22,002 bases of DNA from Gemmatimonadales bacterium. GTDB taxonomy: Bacteria; Gemmatimonadota; Gemmatimonadetes; Gemmatimonadales; GWC2-71-9. The stretch is from contig JBBQFH010000038.1 in NCBI GenBank assembly GCA_038321865.1, positions 1-22,002 on the forward strand, written 5' to 3'. Every line of letters starts with the position of its first letter. Position 1 is the stretch's first letter. Positions 1 to 7,862 of this stretch are shown piece by piece. The notes under the pieces were generated by a model. It saw nothing but the letters and a program-made list of their open reading frames with translations, searched no databases and had not been told where the DNA came from. The translations under genes and the position numbers were made by a program.

Positions 1-2
1 AC

Positions 3-203
3 GTCCTGTCCTTCCGCAGCAACCTCGTCCTGCGCTGGGAATGGCTGCGCGGAAGCACCCTCTTCGTTGTGTGGCAACAGGACCGCTCCGGCCCCGCCAT
101 TCCGGGCCGGCCGGTCGGCGCCGGCTCGCTGTTCGATTCCTTCTCGGCCGCGGGCCGGAATTTCGTGGCGGTCAAGCTGTCTTACTGGCTGGCTGCCCGC
201 TAA
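3..203 (+). CDS. 3' end of a DUF5916-like (probable outer-membrane beta-barrel) protein, partial
   Basis: Manual translation, not in the ORF track: VLSFRSNLVLRWEWLRGSTLFVVWQQDR...NFVAVKLSYWLAAR*, TAA at 201-203. Resembles the recalled DUF5916 C-terminus (SNxVLRWEYxPGSTLFxVW...KxSYW) with alternating hydrophobic beta-strands. Confidence 0.75.
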   Translation, partial: VLSFRSNLVLRWEWLRGSTLFVVWQQDRSGPAIPGRPVGAGSLFDSFSAAGRNFVAVKLSYWLAAR

Positions 204-253
204 ATTATCCTCACTCGGTGGCCTGCCTCAGTCGCCCCCCGCAGTGAGGACCC

Positions 254-1543
254 ATGAGCTCGATTGACCGACGCCGGTTCGGCGGATTGCTCGCGGGCGC
301 CCTTGGCGCCGGCGCCCTCGTTCCCCGGCAGCTCCTCACCCCGCCTTCGGGCGTCGACCCGTGTCCGCTGCCCGAGCACGTCCGCGGCCTCAAACCCATG
401 ACCGCGGGCGCCGCACCGATCGGCGACGGCGAACGTCGGGCCCGGATCGAGCGCGCCCGGCAGCTCATGGCAAAGCAGGGGCTCGCCGCGATCGTGCTCG
501 AGCCCGGATCAAGCATGTACTACTTCACCGGCATGCGCTGGGGGCTGTCGGAGCGCACCTTCGCGGCAGTGCTTCCGGCGGTGGGCGAGCTTGCCTACGT
601 CTGCCCTGCCTTCGAGGAGGCGCGCGCTCGCGAGCTGATGAGCATTCCGGGCGACGTGCGCGTTTGGCAGGAGGACGAGAGCCCCTTCCGGCTCATGGCG
701 GGGATCCTCCGTGACCGTGGGGTCGCGGGGGGACGGGTCGGCGTGGAGGAGGATGTGCGCTTCTTCGTGCTCGACAGCCTGCGCCGTGAGGCGCCCTCCC
801 TCGAGTTCGTGAGTGCGACCCCGGTGACCGCGGGGTGCCGCATGATCAAGTCACCGGCGGAACTGGCGCTGATGCAGCGGGCGGCCGACATCACCATCGC
901 GGCCTTTCGCGCCACCTTCCCCACGCTTCGCGAGGGCATGACGCAGTACGACGTGCAGACCAACATGACGCAGGCGATGGTCCGCCTCGGCGGGTCGGAG
1001 CCGTGGGTGCTCGTGGGGCTGGGCGAGTATTCCGCGTTTCCGCACGGCAGCGTGAAGCCGCAGAAGCTGAAACGCGGCGACATCGTGCTGATGGATGCCG
1101 GCTGCAGCTTCCTCCGGTACCAGGCCGACATCACCCGGACGACCGTGTTCGGCAAGCCGTCGGCGCGGCAGCGTCAGGTCTGGGATCTCGAACGCCGCGC
1201 CCAGGACGCGGCGTTCGCCGCCGCTCAGGTCGGGGCCACCTGCGAATCAGTGGATGCGGCGGCTCGCAAGGTGATCACCGATGCCGGCTTCGGCCCCGGC
1301 TACCGGGTTCCCGGCCTTCCGCACCGCACCGGTCACGGCATCGGGCTCGACGGACACGAGTGGACCTACCTCGTCCGCGGCAATACCACCCGGCTGGAGC
1401 CCGGCATGTGCTTCAGCAACGAGCCGACGATCGCGATCTACGGCGAATTCGGCATTCGGCTGGAGGACTGCATGTACATCACCGAGCAGGGCCCCCGATT
1501 CTTCTCGGCGCAGAGCCCCGCCATCGACCGGCCGGTTCCGTGA
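254..1543 (+). CDS. Xaa-Pro dipeptidase/aminopeptidase (M24B family) with twin-arginine signal peptide
   Basis: Metal-ligand motifs MDAGC, YQADITRT, HRTGHGIGLDGHE, SNEP and GIRLED; N-terminal creatinase-like domain; N-terminus SIDRRRFGGLLAGALGAGAL; GAGGA RBS upstream. Confidence 0.93.
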   Translation: MSSIDRRRFGGLLAGALGAGALVPRQLLTPPSGVDPCPLPEHVRGLKPMTAGAAPIGDGERRARIERARQLMAKQGLAAIVLEPGSSMYYFTGMRWGLSERTFAAVLPAVGELAYVCPAFEEARARELMSIPGDVRVWQEDESPFRLMAGILRDRGVAGGRVGVEEDVRFFVLDSLRREAPSLEFVSATPVTAGCRMIKSPAELALMQRAADITIAAFRATFPTLREGMTQYDVQTNMTQAMVRLGGSEPWVLVGLGEYSAFPHGSVKPQKLKRGDIVLMDAGCSFLRYQADITRTTVFGKPSARQRQVWDLERRAQDAAFAAAQVGATCESVDAAARKVITDAGFGPGYRVPGLPHRTGHGIGLDGHEWTYLVRGNTTRLEPGMCFSNEPTIAIYGEFGIRLEDCMYITEQGPRFFSAQSPAIDRPVP

Positions 1544-1556
1544 GCTCCGCACCAGC

Positions 1557-2996
1557 GTGACGACCCTCCTGCAGAGCTTCATCGGCGGCGCGCTCCGGAC
1601 CACTGCGGGCGACCCGATCGACGACCTGAACCCTTCCGATGCATCCGACATCGTGGCGCGCATCCCGGGCGGCAACGCCGACGATGCGGCGGCCGCGGTG
1701 GGCGCTGCTGCGCACGCACTGCCAGGCTGGCGGGCGCTCTCCGGCCCCGCCCGCGGCGATCACCTGCACCGATGGGGCGACGCGATCGCCGCCCGCGCCG
1801 AGGAGCTCGCGCAGGCGATCGTCCGCGAGGTCGGCAAGCCGCTGGGTGAGGCGCGCGGCGAAGTCGCGCGGTGCACCGCGATTCTCCGCTACTACGCCGG
1901 CGAAGCCGTGCGCTCGAACGGCGAGGTCGTGCCCGCCCAGGCGGCCGGGGCGCTGCAGTTCACCCTGCGTGAGCCGCTCGGGGTCGTGGGCCTGATTACG
2001 CCCTGGAATTTCCCGGTGGCGATTCCGCTCTGGAAGGCGGCGCCCGCGCTCGCCTTCGGCAACACTGTCGTGCTCAAGCCGGCCGAGCAGGCGTCGCATG
2101 TGGCACTCCTGGTGGCCCAGATCGGCGACGCGGCGGGCCTGCCGGCCGGCGTATTCAACGTCGTCCACGGCAGTGGCGCGACGGTGGGCGACGCATTGAT
2201 CCGCTCACCGGACGTCCGCGCCGTGAGCTTCACCGGCTCGACCGGGGTCGGCGCCCGCGTGGCGGCGGTGTGTGCCGAGCGGAACATCCGGTACCAGACT
2301 GAGATGGGGGGCAAGAACGTCGCGATCGTGCTGGCGGATGCGGATCTGGGACTGGCCGCCAGGCTCACGGCGGCCGGGGCGATGCGCTATGCCGGGCAGA
2401 AGTGCACGGCGACGAGCAGGGTGATCGTCGCGCGGGAGGTCGAGGACACATTCCTCGGCCTGCTCCGGGCGGAGATCGAGGCGCTGCCGCTCGGCCCCGT
2501 GACCGACCCGGCGTCGGCCATCGGGCCGATGATCAGCGCCGCCGCCCGCGAGCGCGTGCGCACCGCACTGCGCGATGGAGGCGGTGACTGCGTGATCGGC
2601 GGCGGCGAGCCGGACGATGCACGCTTCGCGTCCGGCTTCTTTCTGTCTCCCACCGTGGTCCGCGGCGTCGGTGCCGATTCCCCGCTGGCGCAGGATGAGC
2701 TTTTCGGACCGGTGCTCACCGCATTTGCGGTGGACGATCTCGAGCAGGCGATCACCCTGGCCAACCACACGCGCTATGGGCTGAGCGCATCACTCTTCAC
2801 CCGGGACCTGGGTGCCGCGCTCTCGTACATCCGGCGCATCGAGGCCGGCCTGGTGCGTGTCAACGGCGACACGACCGGTGTGGACCCCCACGCCCCCTTC
2901 GGGGGGGTCAAGGCGTCCAGCTCTGGCAGCAGGGAGCAGGGGTCGGCCGCGCGAGAGTTCTATACCGAGCTCAAGACCGTCCAGGTCAGCGGGTGA
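1557..2996 (+). CDS. NAD(P)+-dependent aldehyde dehydrogenase, probably alpha-ketoglutaric semialdehyde (2,5-dioxopentanoate) dehydrogenase
   Basis: ITPWNFP, LKPAE, FTGSTGVG, catalytic EMGGKN and GQKCTA, ELFGPV, PFGGVKAS. Start reassigned to GTG 1557, just after the peptidase stop. Substrate inferred from the Hyp operon context. Confidence 0.9.
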   Translation: MTTLLQSFIGGALRTTAGDPIDDLNPSDASDIVARIPGGNADDAAAAVGAAAHALPGWRALSGPARGDHLHRWGDAIAARAEELAQAIVREVGKPLGEARGEVARCTAILRYYAGEAVRSNGEVVPAQAAGALQFTLREPLGVVGLITPWNFPVAIPLWKAAPALAFGNTVVLKPAEQASHVALLVAQIGDAAGLPAGVFNVVHGSGATVGDALIRSPDVRAVSFTGSTGVGARVAAVCAERNIRYQTEMGGKNVAIVLADADLGLAARLTAAGAMRYAGQKCTATSRVIVAREVEDTFLGLLRAEIEALPLGPVTDPASAIGPMISAAARERVRTALRDGGGDCVIGGGEPDDARFASGFFLSPTVVRGVGADSPLAQDELFGPVLTAFAVDDLEQAITLANHTRYGLSASLFTRDLGAALSYIRRIEAGLVRVNGDTTGVDPHAPFGGVKASSSGSREQGSAAREFYTELKTVQVSG

Positions 2997-3946
2997 ACGT
3001 TTTTCCCGATGCGATCCGCGTAGTGGACTCCCACACCGAGGGAGAGCCGACGCGGGTCGTGGTCGGCGGATGGCCCGAGCCCGACGGGGCGACGATGGCG
3101 GACCGGCGGGACTCCCTGCGGAAACAATTCGATCACCTGCGGAGCGCAGTCGTATGCGAGCCGCGCGGGCATGCGGCGATGGTCGGAGCGCTGCTCACGG
3201 CACCGGTGCGGCACGATTCGGTGGCGGGCGTCGTGTTCTTCAACAACGTGGGCTACCTGGGCATGTGCGGCCACGGACTCATCGGTGTGGCCCGCACACT
3301 CGAGCACCTCGGACGCCTGGCTCCCGGCCAGGTCCGGATCGACACGCCGGTCGGAACCGTTGCCGCCACGCTGGCGTCCGACGGCACGGTCACCATACGC
3401 AACGTGCCGGCGCGCTGCTTCGCCAGGGGCGTGACGGTCGAGGTGCCCGGCCTCGGCGCGCTGGCGGGGGACGTGGCCTACGGCGGCAACTGGTTTTTCA
3501 TCGCGCATATCGACGGACAGCCCCTCGATCTCGCCCACGAGTTCGAGCTGCTCGGTCTGACCCGGACGATCATGGCCTCGCTCCGGGAGCAGGGCATCAC
3601 AGGGGAAGGCGGGGCGGAGATCGACCATGTCGAGCTGTCGGGCCCGCCGCACCGGAGCGATGCGGACGCCCGGAACTTCGTGCTCTGTCCGGGCGGTGCC
3701 TTCGACCGGTCGCCCTGCGGCACGGGCACATCGGCCAGCATGGCCGCGCTCCACGCCGCGGGCGCCCTCGCGGTCGGGCAGCGCTGGCGCCAGGAGAGCG
3801 TGACCGGCAGCCTGTTCACCGGCTGGCTGGAGGAGGAAGCCGGCCAGCTGGTGCCGCACATCCAGGGGCGAGCCTACGTCACCGGCGAGACGACGCTGCG
3901 CTTCGACCGGGACGATCCGTTCCGAAGCGGCCTGGCCCAGAGCTGA
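2993..3946 (+). CDS. lhpA: 4-hydroxyproline 2-epimerase (proline racemase family)
   Basis: DSHTEGEPTR; two catalytic Cys in MCGHG and DRSPCGTGT; EPRGHAAMVGALL (Val rather than Phe) and RNFVLCPG are Hyp-epimerase-type signatures. GTG start overlaps the upstream stop (GTGA). Confidence 0.9.
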   Translation: MNVFPDAIRVVDSHTEGEPTRVVVGGWPEPDGATMADRRDSLRKQFDHLRSAVVCEPRGHAAMVGALLTAPVRHDSVAGVVFFNNVGYLGMCGHGLIGVARTLEHLGRLAPGQVRIDTPVGTVAATLASDGTVTIRNVPARCFARGVTVEVPGLGALAGDVAYGGNWFFIAHIDGQPLDLAHEFELLGLTRTIMASLREQGITGEGGAEIDHVELSGPPHRSDADARNFVLCPGGAFDRSPCGTGTSASMAALHAAGALAVGQRWRQESVTGSLFTGWLEEEAGQLVPHIQGRAYVTGETTLRFDRDDPFRSGLAQS

Positions 3947-5064
3947 TGGCCGGCCGGCCGGACGCCATCGTCGTCGGGGCCGGGATCGTCGGCGCGGCGT
4001 GCGCGCGTGAGCTCGCGCACGCGGGCCTAGCCGTCACACTGGTGGATGCCGGTTTTGTGGGCGGCGGCGCGACGAGCGCCGGCATGGGACACGTCGTCCT
4101 CATGGACGATTCGGAAGCGCAGCTCGCGCTGACCGCGTACTCCCGTTCGCTGCTCGACGAGCTGTCGCCCGCGCTGCCGCGCGGGGTCGAGCGCGACCGC
4201 TGCGGAACGGTCTGGGTGGCCGAAGACGAGGTGCAGCTCGAGGGTGCGCGGGCAAAACAGTCGCTGTACGCCGCGCGCGGACTGGAATCGGAGCTGCTGG
4301 ACGCGACAGCGCTTCGTCGGCTGGAGCCGGAGCTGCGGCCCGGACTGGCGGGAGGACTTTGCGTCCCGGGTGATTCGGTCGTCTACCCTCCAGCGCTGGC
4401 GCGCTGGCTCGCGGACGACGCGGTGGCGAACGGGGCGACGCTGCAGGAGCAGGTTACGGTCGAATCGGTCGATGGCAGCGGCGTGACGACGTCCGGGGGG
4501 TGCCTGCAGGCGAACATTGTCGTGAACGCCGCCGGCGCCCAGGCACCGGCGCTCACGCCCGGCCTCCCGATCGTGCCGAGGCGCGGCCACCTCGCGATCA
4601 CCGACCGGTATCCCGGCTTCTGTCGCCATCAGGTCGTCGAGCTCGGCTATCTCGCGAGCGCACACCGGATGGACGACGCGTCGGTCGCGTTCAACATTCA
4701 GCCGCGTGGGACCGGCCAGCTGCTGATAGGGTCGTCGCGCGAGCTGGTCGGCTGGGATCCGGCGATCAACCGCGCCGTCCTCGCCCGAATGCTCGCGCGC
4801 GCGACCGGCTTCATGCCGCGGCTCGCCGGTCTCTCCGTGCTGCGCAGCTGGATCGGCTTCCGGCCGACGACCCCGGACAAACTGCCGCTGGTTGGGCAGT
4901 GGCCGGAGCTGCCGGGGCTCTGGATCGCCGCCGGGCACGAAGGGCTCGGCATCACCACCGCACTCGGAACGGCACGCCTGCTGGCCGATCTGATGCTCGG
5001 CCGACGGCCGTCGATCGATCCGGCACCGTACGACCCGGCCCGCGTATCAGCCGCAGTCGGATGA
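3946..5064 (+). CDS. lhpB: FAD-dependent D-hydroxyproline dehydrogenase beta subunit (DAO/DadA family)
   Basis: VVGAGIVG Rossmann motif, GATSAGMG, GFRPTTPDKLPLVG, AAGHEGLGITTALGTA. ATG at 3946 overlaps the upstream TGA (TGATG); the 750-aa track ORF is over-extended at its 5' end. Confidence 0.88.
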   Translation: MAGRPDAIVVGAGIVGAACARELAHAGLAVTLVDAGFVGGGATSAGMGHVVLMDDSEAQLALTAYSRSLLDELSPALPRGVERDRCGTVWVAEDEVQLEGARAKQSLYAARGLESELLDATALRRLEPELRPGLAGGLCVPGDSVVYPPALARWLADDAVANGATLQEQVTVESVDGSGVTTSGGCLQANIVVNAAGAQAPALTPGLPIVPRRGHLAITDRYPGFCRHQVVELGYLASAHRMDDASVAFNIQPRGTGQLLIGSSRELVGWDPAINRAVLARMLARATGFMPRLAGLSVLRSWIGFRPTTPDKLPLVGQWPELPGLWIAAGHEGLGITTALGTARLLADLMLGRRPSIDPAPYDPARVSAAVG

Positions 5065-5315
5065 GCCCGGCACCTGCGGTGACCATCCGGGTGAACGATG
5101 CGGAGCTCCGAGTCACCGCCGGCGTCACACTGGCCGTGGCATTGCACGACGCTGGACGCACCGTACTCCGCCGCTCCGCGAGTGACGAGCCCCGCGGCCC
5201 GCTTTGCGGTATGGGGATCTGTTTCGAATGCCGGGTCACGATCGACGGCGTGCCCCATCGACGCGCCTGCGTCGTGGTCGTCGCGGACGGCATGGACGTC
5301 CGGCTGGATGCCTGA
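5061..5315 (+). CDS. (2Fe-2S)-binding protein, D-hydroxyproline dehydrogenase gamma subunit
   Basis: MSPAPAVTIRVND...RGPLCGMGICFECRVTIDG...RRAC carries four Cys ligands; 84 aa; ATGA overlap with the upstream gene. Confidence 0.88.
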   Translation: MSPAPAVTIRVNDAELRVTAGVTLAVALHDAGRTVLRRSASDEPRGPLCGMGICFECRVTIDGVPHRRACVVVVADGMDVRLDA

Positions 5316-6588
5316 ACGCGCCGCTCAGGTGCTCAAGGCTCACGTCGCCGTCGTGGGAGCGGGGCCGGCCGGGATCGCGGCGGCGGTGTCGGCCGCGGAG
5401 TGCGGGAGCAGCGTAGTGGTGATCGACGCCGCGCCGCGCGCCGGCGGGCAGATCTGGCGGCACCGCGCGCGAGGCGAGCTGGGGCGCACCGCGCGGACAT
5501 GGCTGGCGCGACTCGATGCATCGCCGGCTACCTTCATTGCCGGGGCCACGATCGTCGATTGCGCGCCGGGCTTGCAACTGACCGCCGAGGGCGACGGCGG
5601 TGCGTTCGTGATCGAGGCGGCGGCGGTGGTGATCGCCTCCGGAGCGTACGAGCGATTCCTGCCCTTTCCGGGCTGGACCACTCCGGGCGTGCTCGGGGTC
5701 GGCGGGATCCAGGCGCTGCTCAAGTCCGGGGCGTCCATGGCTGGTCGCCGGGTCGTGCTTGCGGGGTCGGGTCCGCTGCTGCTTCCGGTGGCCGCCGCGC
5801 TCACCCGCGCCGGCGCCCGCGTCGTGATGGTCGCGGAGCAGGCCCCGGTCAGGCGCGTGGCCCGTTTCGCGGCCGGGCTGTGGAGCACTCCCGCCCGGCT
5901 GCTGCAGGCCGCCGCCTACCGGGGCGCGTTCCTCGGTTCGCCCTATCGGTGCGGCACCTGGGTCGCGCGCGTCGAGGTTGAGGGCGGTGCGCTGGCGGTG
6001 TCGCTCACCGACGGCGTCCGAAGCCGGATCGAGCGTTGTGACCTGCTCGGCGTCGGCTACGGCCTGGTGCCGTCGACCGAACTCCCGAAGATCGCCGGAT
6101 GCATGATCGGAGATAGCGGCGTGCTCGTCGGCGCCGGGCAGGAGACCACTGTGGCCGGCGTCTACTGTGCCGGCGAGCCGACGGGCATCGCCGGTGCCGA
6201 ATCGGCAATCCGGCAGGGCACGCGCGCCGGCCGTTCCGCCGCCGGAGAGCGGGTCGCGTCCGGCGGGCCGCAGGACGGCGCGTTCGCTGATCGGCTGGCA
6301 CGGGCGTTCGCGCTCCGCGACGAGCTCCGCTCGCTACCCGAACCGGAAACGATCGTCTGCCGCTGTGAGGACGTCCGCTACGCCGAGCTCCGGGCGGGCC
6401 GGACGATTCGCCAGCAGAAGCTCGAAACCCGTGCCGGAATGGGCCCCTGTCAGGGACGTCTCTGCGGGCCGGCCATCCGGTACCTGTTCGGCGGCGGGGC
6501 CGATCGCGTCCAGGTCCCGGCGTTCCCCGCGTCAGTCGACACGCTCATCGCGGCCGGTGCGGCCTCGGTCCCTCAAGGAGAGTCCTGA
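5308..6588 (+). CDS. FAD/NAD(P)-binding oxidoreductase, D-hydroxyproline dehydrogenase alpha subunit
   Basis: VVGAGPAG, GGQIWR, ASGAYERFLPFPGWTTPGV, C-terminal BFD-like IVCRCEDV...RAGMGPCQGRLCG. Start reassigned to ATG 5308 (8-nt overlap with upstream gene). Confidence 0.87.
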   Translation: MPERAAQVLKAHVAVVGAGPAGIAAAVSAAECGSSVVVIDAAPRAGGQIWRHRARGELGRTARTWLARLDASPATFIAGATIVDCAPGLQLTAEGDGGAFVIEAAAVVIASGAYERFLPFPGWTTPGVLGVGGIQALLKSGASMAGRRVVLAGSGPLLLPVAAALTRAGARVVMVAEQAPVRRVARFAAGLWSTPARLLQAAAYRGAFLGSPYRCGTWVARVEVEGGALAVSLTDGVRSRIERCDLLGVGYGLVPSTELPKIAGCMIGDSGVLVGAGQETTVAGVYCAGEPTGIAGAESAIRQGTRAGRSAAGERVASGGPQDGAFADRLARAFALRDELRSLPEPETIVCRCEDVRYAELRAGRTIRQQKLETRAGMGPCQGRLCGPAIRYLFGGGADRVQVPAFPASVDTLIAAGAASVPQGES

Positions 6589-7490
6589 TGGAGAAGCAGA
6601 GCTGGGCCGGCGTCTTCCCCGCGATTACCACGCCGTTCCGGGAGGATGGCGAGCTCGACGAGCCGTTCCTGGAGAAGCACGTCGCATGGCTCCTCGCGGC
6701 CGGTGCCCGCGGCATCGTGGCGCTGGGCTCGCTCGGCGAGGGTGCGACGCTTCGGGCAGCCGAGAAGGTGCGGGTGCTGGAGGTTTGCCGCGACGTCTGC
6801 GGCGATCGCGCGCCGGTGGTGGCCGGCGTGAGCGGCCTGTCCACCGAGGAGTGCGTCGCGCTGGCCGCCGCCGCCGCGTCCGCGGGGTGCGGTGGCCTGA
6901 TGGTGCTGCCGCCATACGTGTACCGGGGGGACTGGCTGGAAACCCAGGCGCATTTCTCCGCCGTGCTCGGGGCGACTCCGCTCTCCTGCATGCTCTACAA
7001 CAACCCGATCGCGTATGGCACCGATCTCTCGGCCGACGATGTCGCCGCCCTCGCCGACCGGCATCCCAACGTGCACGCTGTCAAGGAGTCGAGCGGCGAC
7101 GCGCGGCGCGTGACCGCCCTCCGCGCAGCGCTCGGCGATCGCCTGGCGCTCTTCGCCGGTCTTGACGACATGATCGTCGAGTCCGTGGCGATGGGGGCGG
7201 ACGGCTGGGTCGCCGGCCTGGTCAATGCACTGCCCGAGGAATCGGTGCGGCTCTTCGACCTGGCGCGTGCCGGGAACACCGCGGCGGCGTGCCGGCTCTA
7301 CGCATGGTTTCTGCCCTTGCTGCGGTTCGACACCGTCCCCAAGTTCGTCCAGCTCATCAAGCTCGCACAGGCAGAAGTCGGTATGGGGTCGGAGCGAGTC
7401 CGCCCGCCGCGCCGCCCCATCGTCGGGCAGGAGCGCGCCGCGGCGGTCGCAATTCTCCGGGAGCGGCTGGCCGGTCGGCCGGCGGCCTGA
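6588..7490 (+). CDS. lhpC: DHDPS-family protein, probable delta1-pyrroline-4-hydroxy-2-carboxylate deaminase
   Basis: GVFPAITTPF, GSLGE (not the GTTGE of true DapA), LYNNP, Schiff-base KESSGD; operon context; TGATG overlap. Confidence 0.85.
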   Translation: MEKQSWAGVFPAITTPFREDGELDEPFLEKHVAWLLAAGARGIVALGSLGEGATLRAAEKVRVLEVCRDVCGDRAPVVAGVSGLSTEECVALAAAAASAGCGGLMVLPPYVYRGDWLETQAHFSAVLGATPLSCMLYNNPIAYGTDLSADDVAALADRHPNVHAVKESSGDARRVTALRAALGDRLALFAGLDDMIVESVAMGADGWVAGLVNALPEESVRLFDLARAGNTAAACRLYAWFLPLLRFDTVPKFVQLIKLAQAEVGMGSERVRPPRRPIVGQERAAAVAILRERLAGRPAA

Positions 7491-7499
7491 AGGCGGTGC

Positions 7500-7862
7500 A
7501 TGAGTCGGAAGCGGGTGTCCTGGATCATCGTGGCGCTGGTCATCGCCGCGGTTGTTGCCGCCGTGTGGGCGGTGAGCGTACGTACGCGGCCGGCGTTCGC
7601 CACATATGACACGCCACGGCGCGACGAGGTGGCGCCACTACCCGTGGCTCCAGTGCCTCCGGGAGATTCCGTGCCGATGCCCGCGGACAGCAGCGCAGCG
7701 CCCCCAAGGCCCGCTGGCCCGGCGGCGGCAGCGGCCCGACGGACGCGCGTAGCGACACCGGGATCGGACACCCTGCCGGCCCATCCGCACCGTTCGGACA
7801 ATTACGGCGGCTACGGCGGCTACGGCGCTCGGGAGCGCCGAAGCGATCCGAATGCGAAGTGA
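7500..7862 (+). CDS. Hypothetical membrane-anchored Pro/Ala-rich protein with YGGYGGYG tail
   Basis: Basic N-terminus plus hydrophobic helix (WIIVALVIAAVVAAVWAV), then a low-complexity region. Fills the space exactly: 9 nt after the upstream stop and 11-nt overlap with the next gene. Confidence 0.6.
   Translation: MSRKRVSWIIVALVIAAVVAAVWAVSVRTRPAFATYDTPRRDEVAPLPVAPVPPGDSVPMPADSSAAPPRPAGPAAAAARRTRVATPGSDTLPAHPHRSDNYGGYGGYGARERRSDPNAK
7803..7826 (+). repeat. In-frame 9-bp tandem repeat (TACGGCGGC x2 + TACGGC) encoding YGGYGGYG
   Basis: Read directly from the sequence. Confidence 0.9.

Noticed and set aside
2812..3945. Apparent N-terminal extension giving a 750-aa fusion or overlapping gene
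   Set aside because: The extension is Arg/Gly-rich off-frame translation over the epimerase. The real start is the TGATG-coupled ATG at 3946. Similar over-extensions affect track ORFs 1281, 5098, 11512, 13893 and 20549.
2993..3946. Proline racemase or trans-3-hydroxyproline dehydratase
   Set aside because: The Cys/Cys catalytic pair argues against the dehydratase, and the Val and VLCPG signatures favour Hyp 2-epimerase.
3946..6588. Resemblance to hydrogen cyanide synthase HcnABC or opine/sarcosine oxidase subunits
   Set aside because: Same superfamily, but the flanking Hyp epimerase, deaminase and aldehyde dehydrogenase point to D-hydroxyproline dehydrogenase.
6588..7490. dapA (lysine biosynthesis)
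   Set aside because: Has GSLGE rather than GTTGE and lies in a catabolic operon.
7500..7862. RiPP precursor interpretation of the YGGYGGYG protein
   Set aside because: No radical SAM, YcaO, P450, lanthipeptide or dedicated transporter genes nearby, and the N-terminus looks like a TM anchor rather than a leader peptide.
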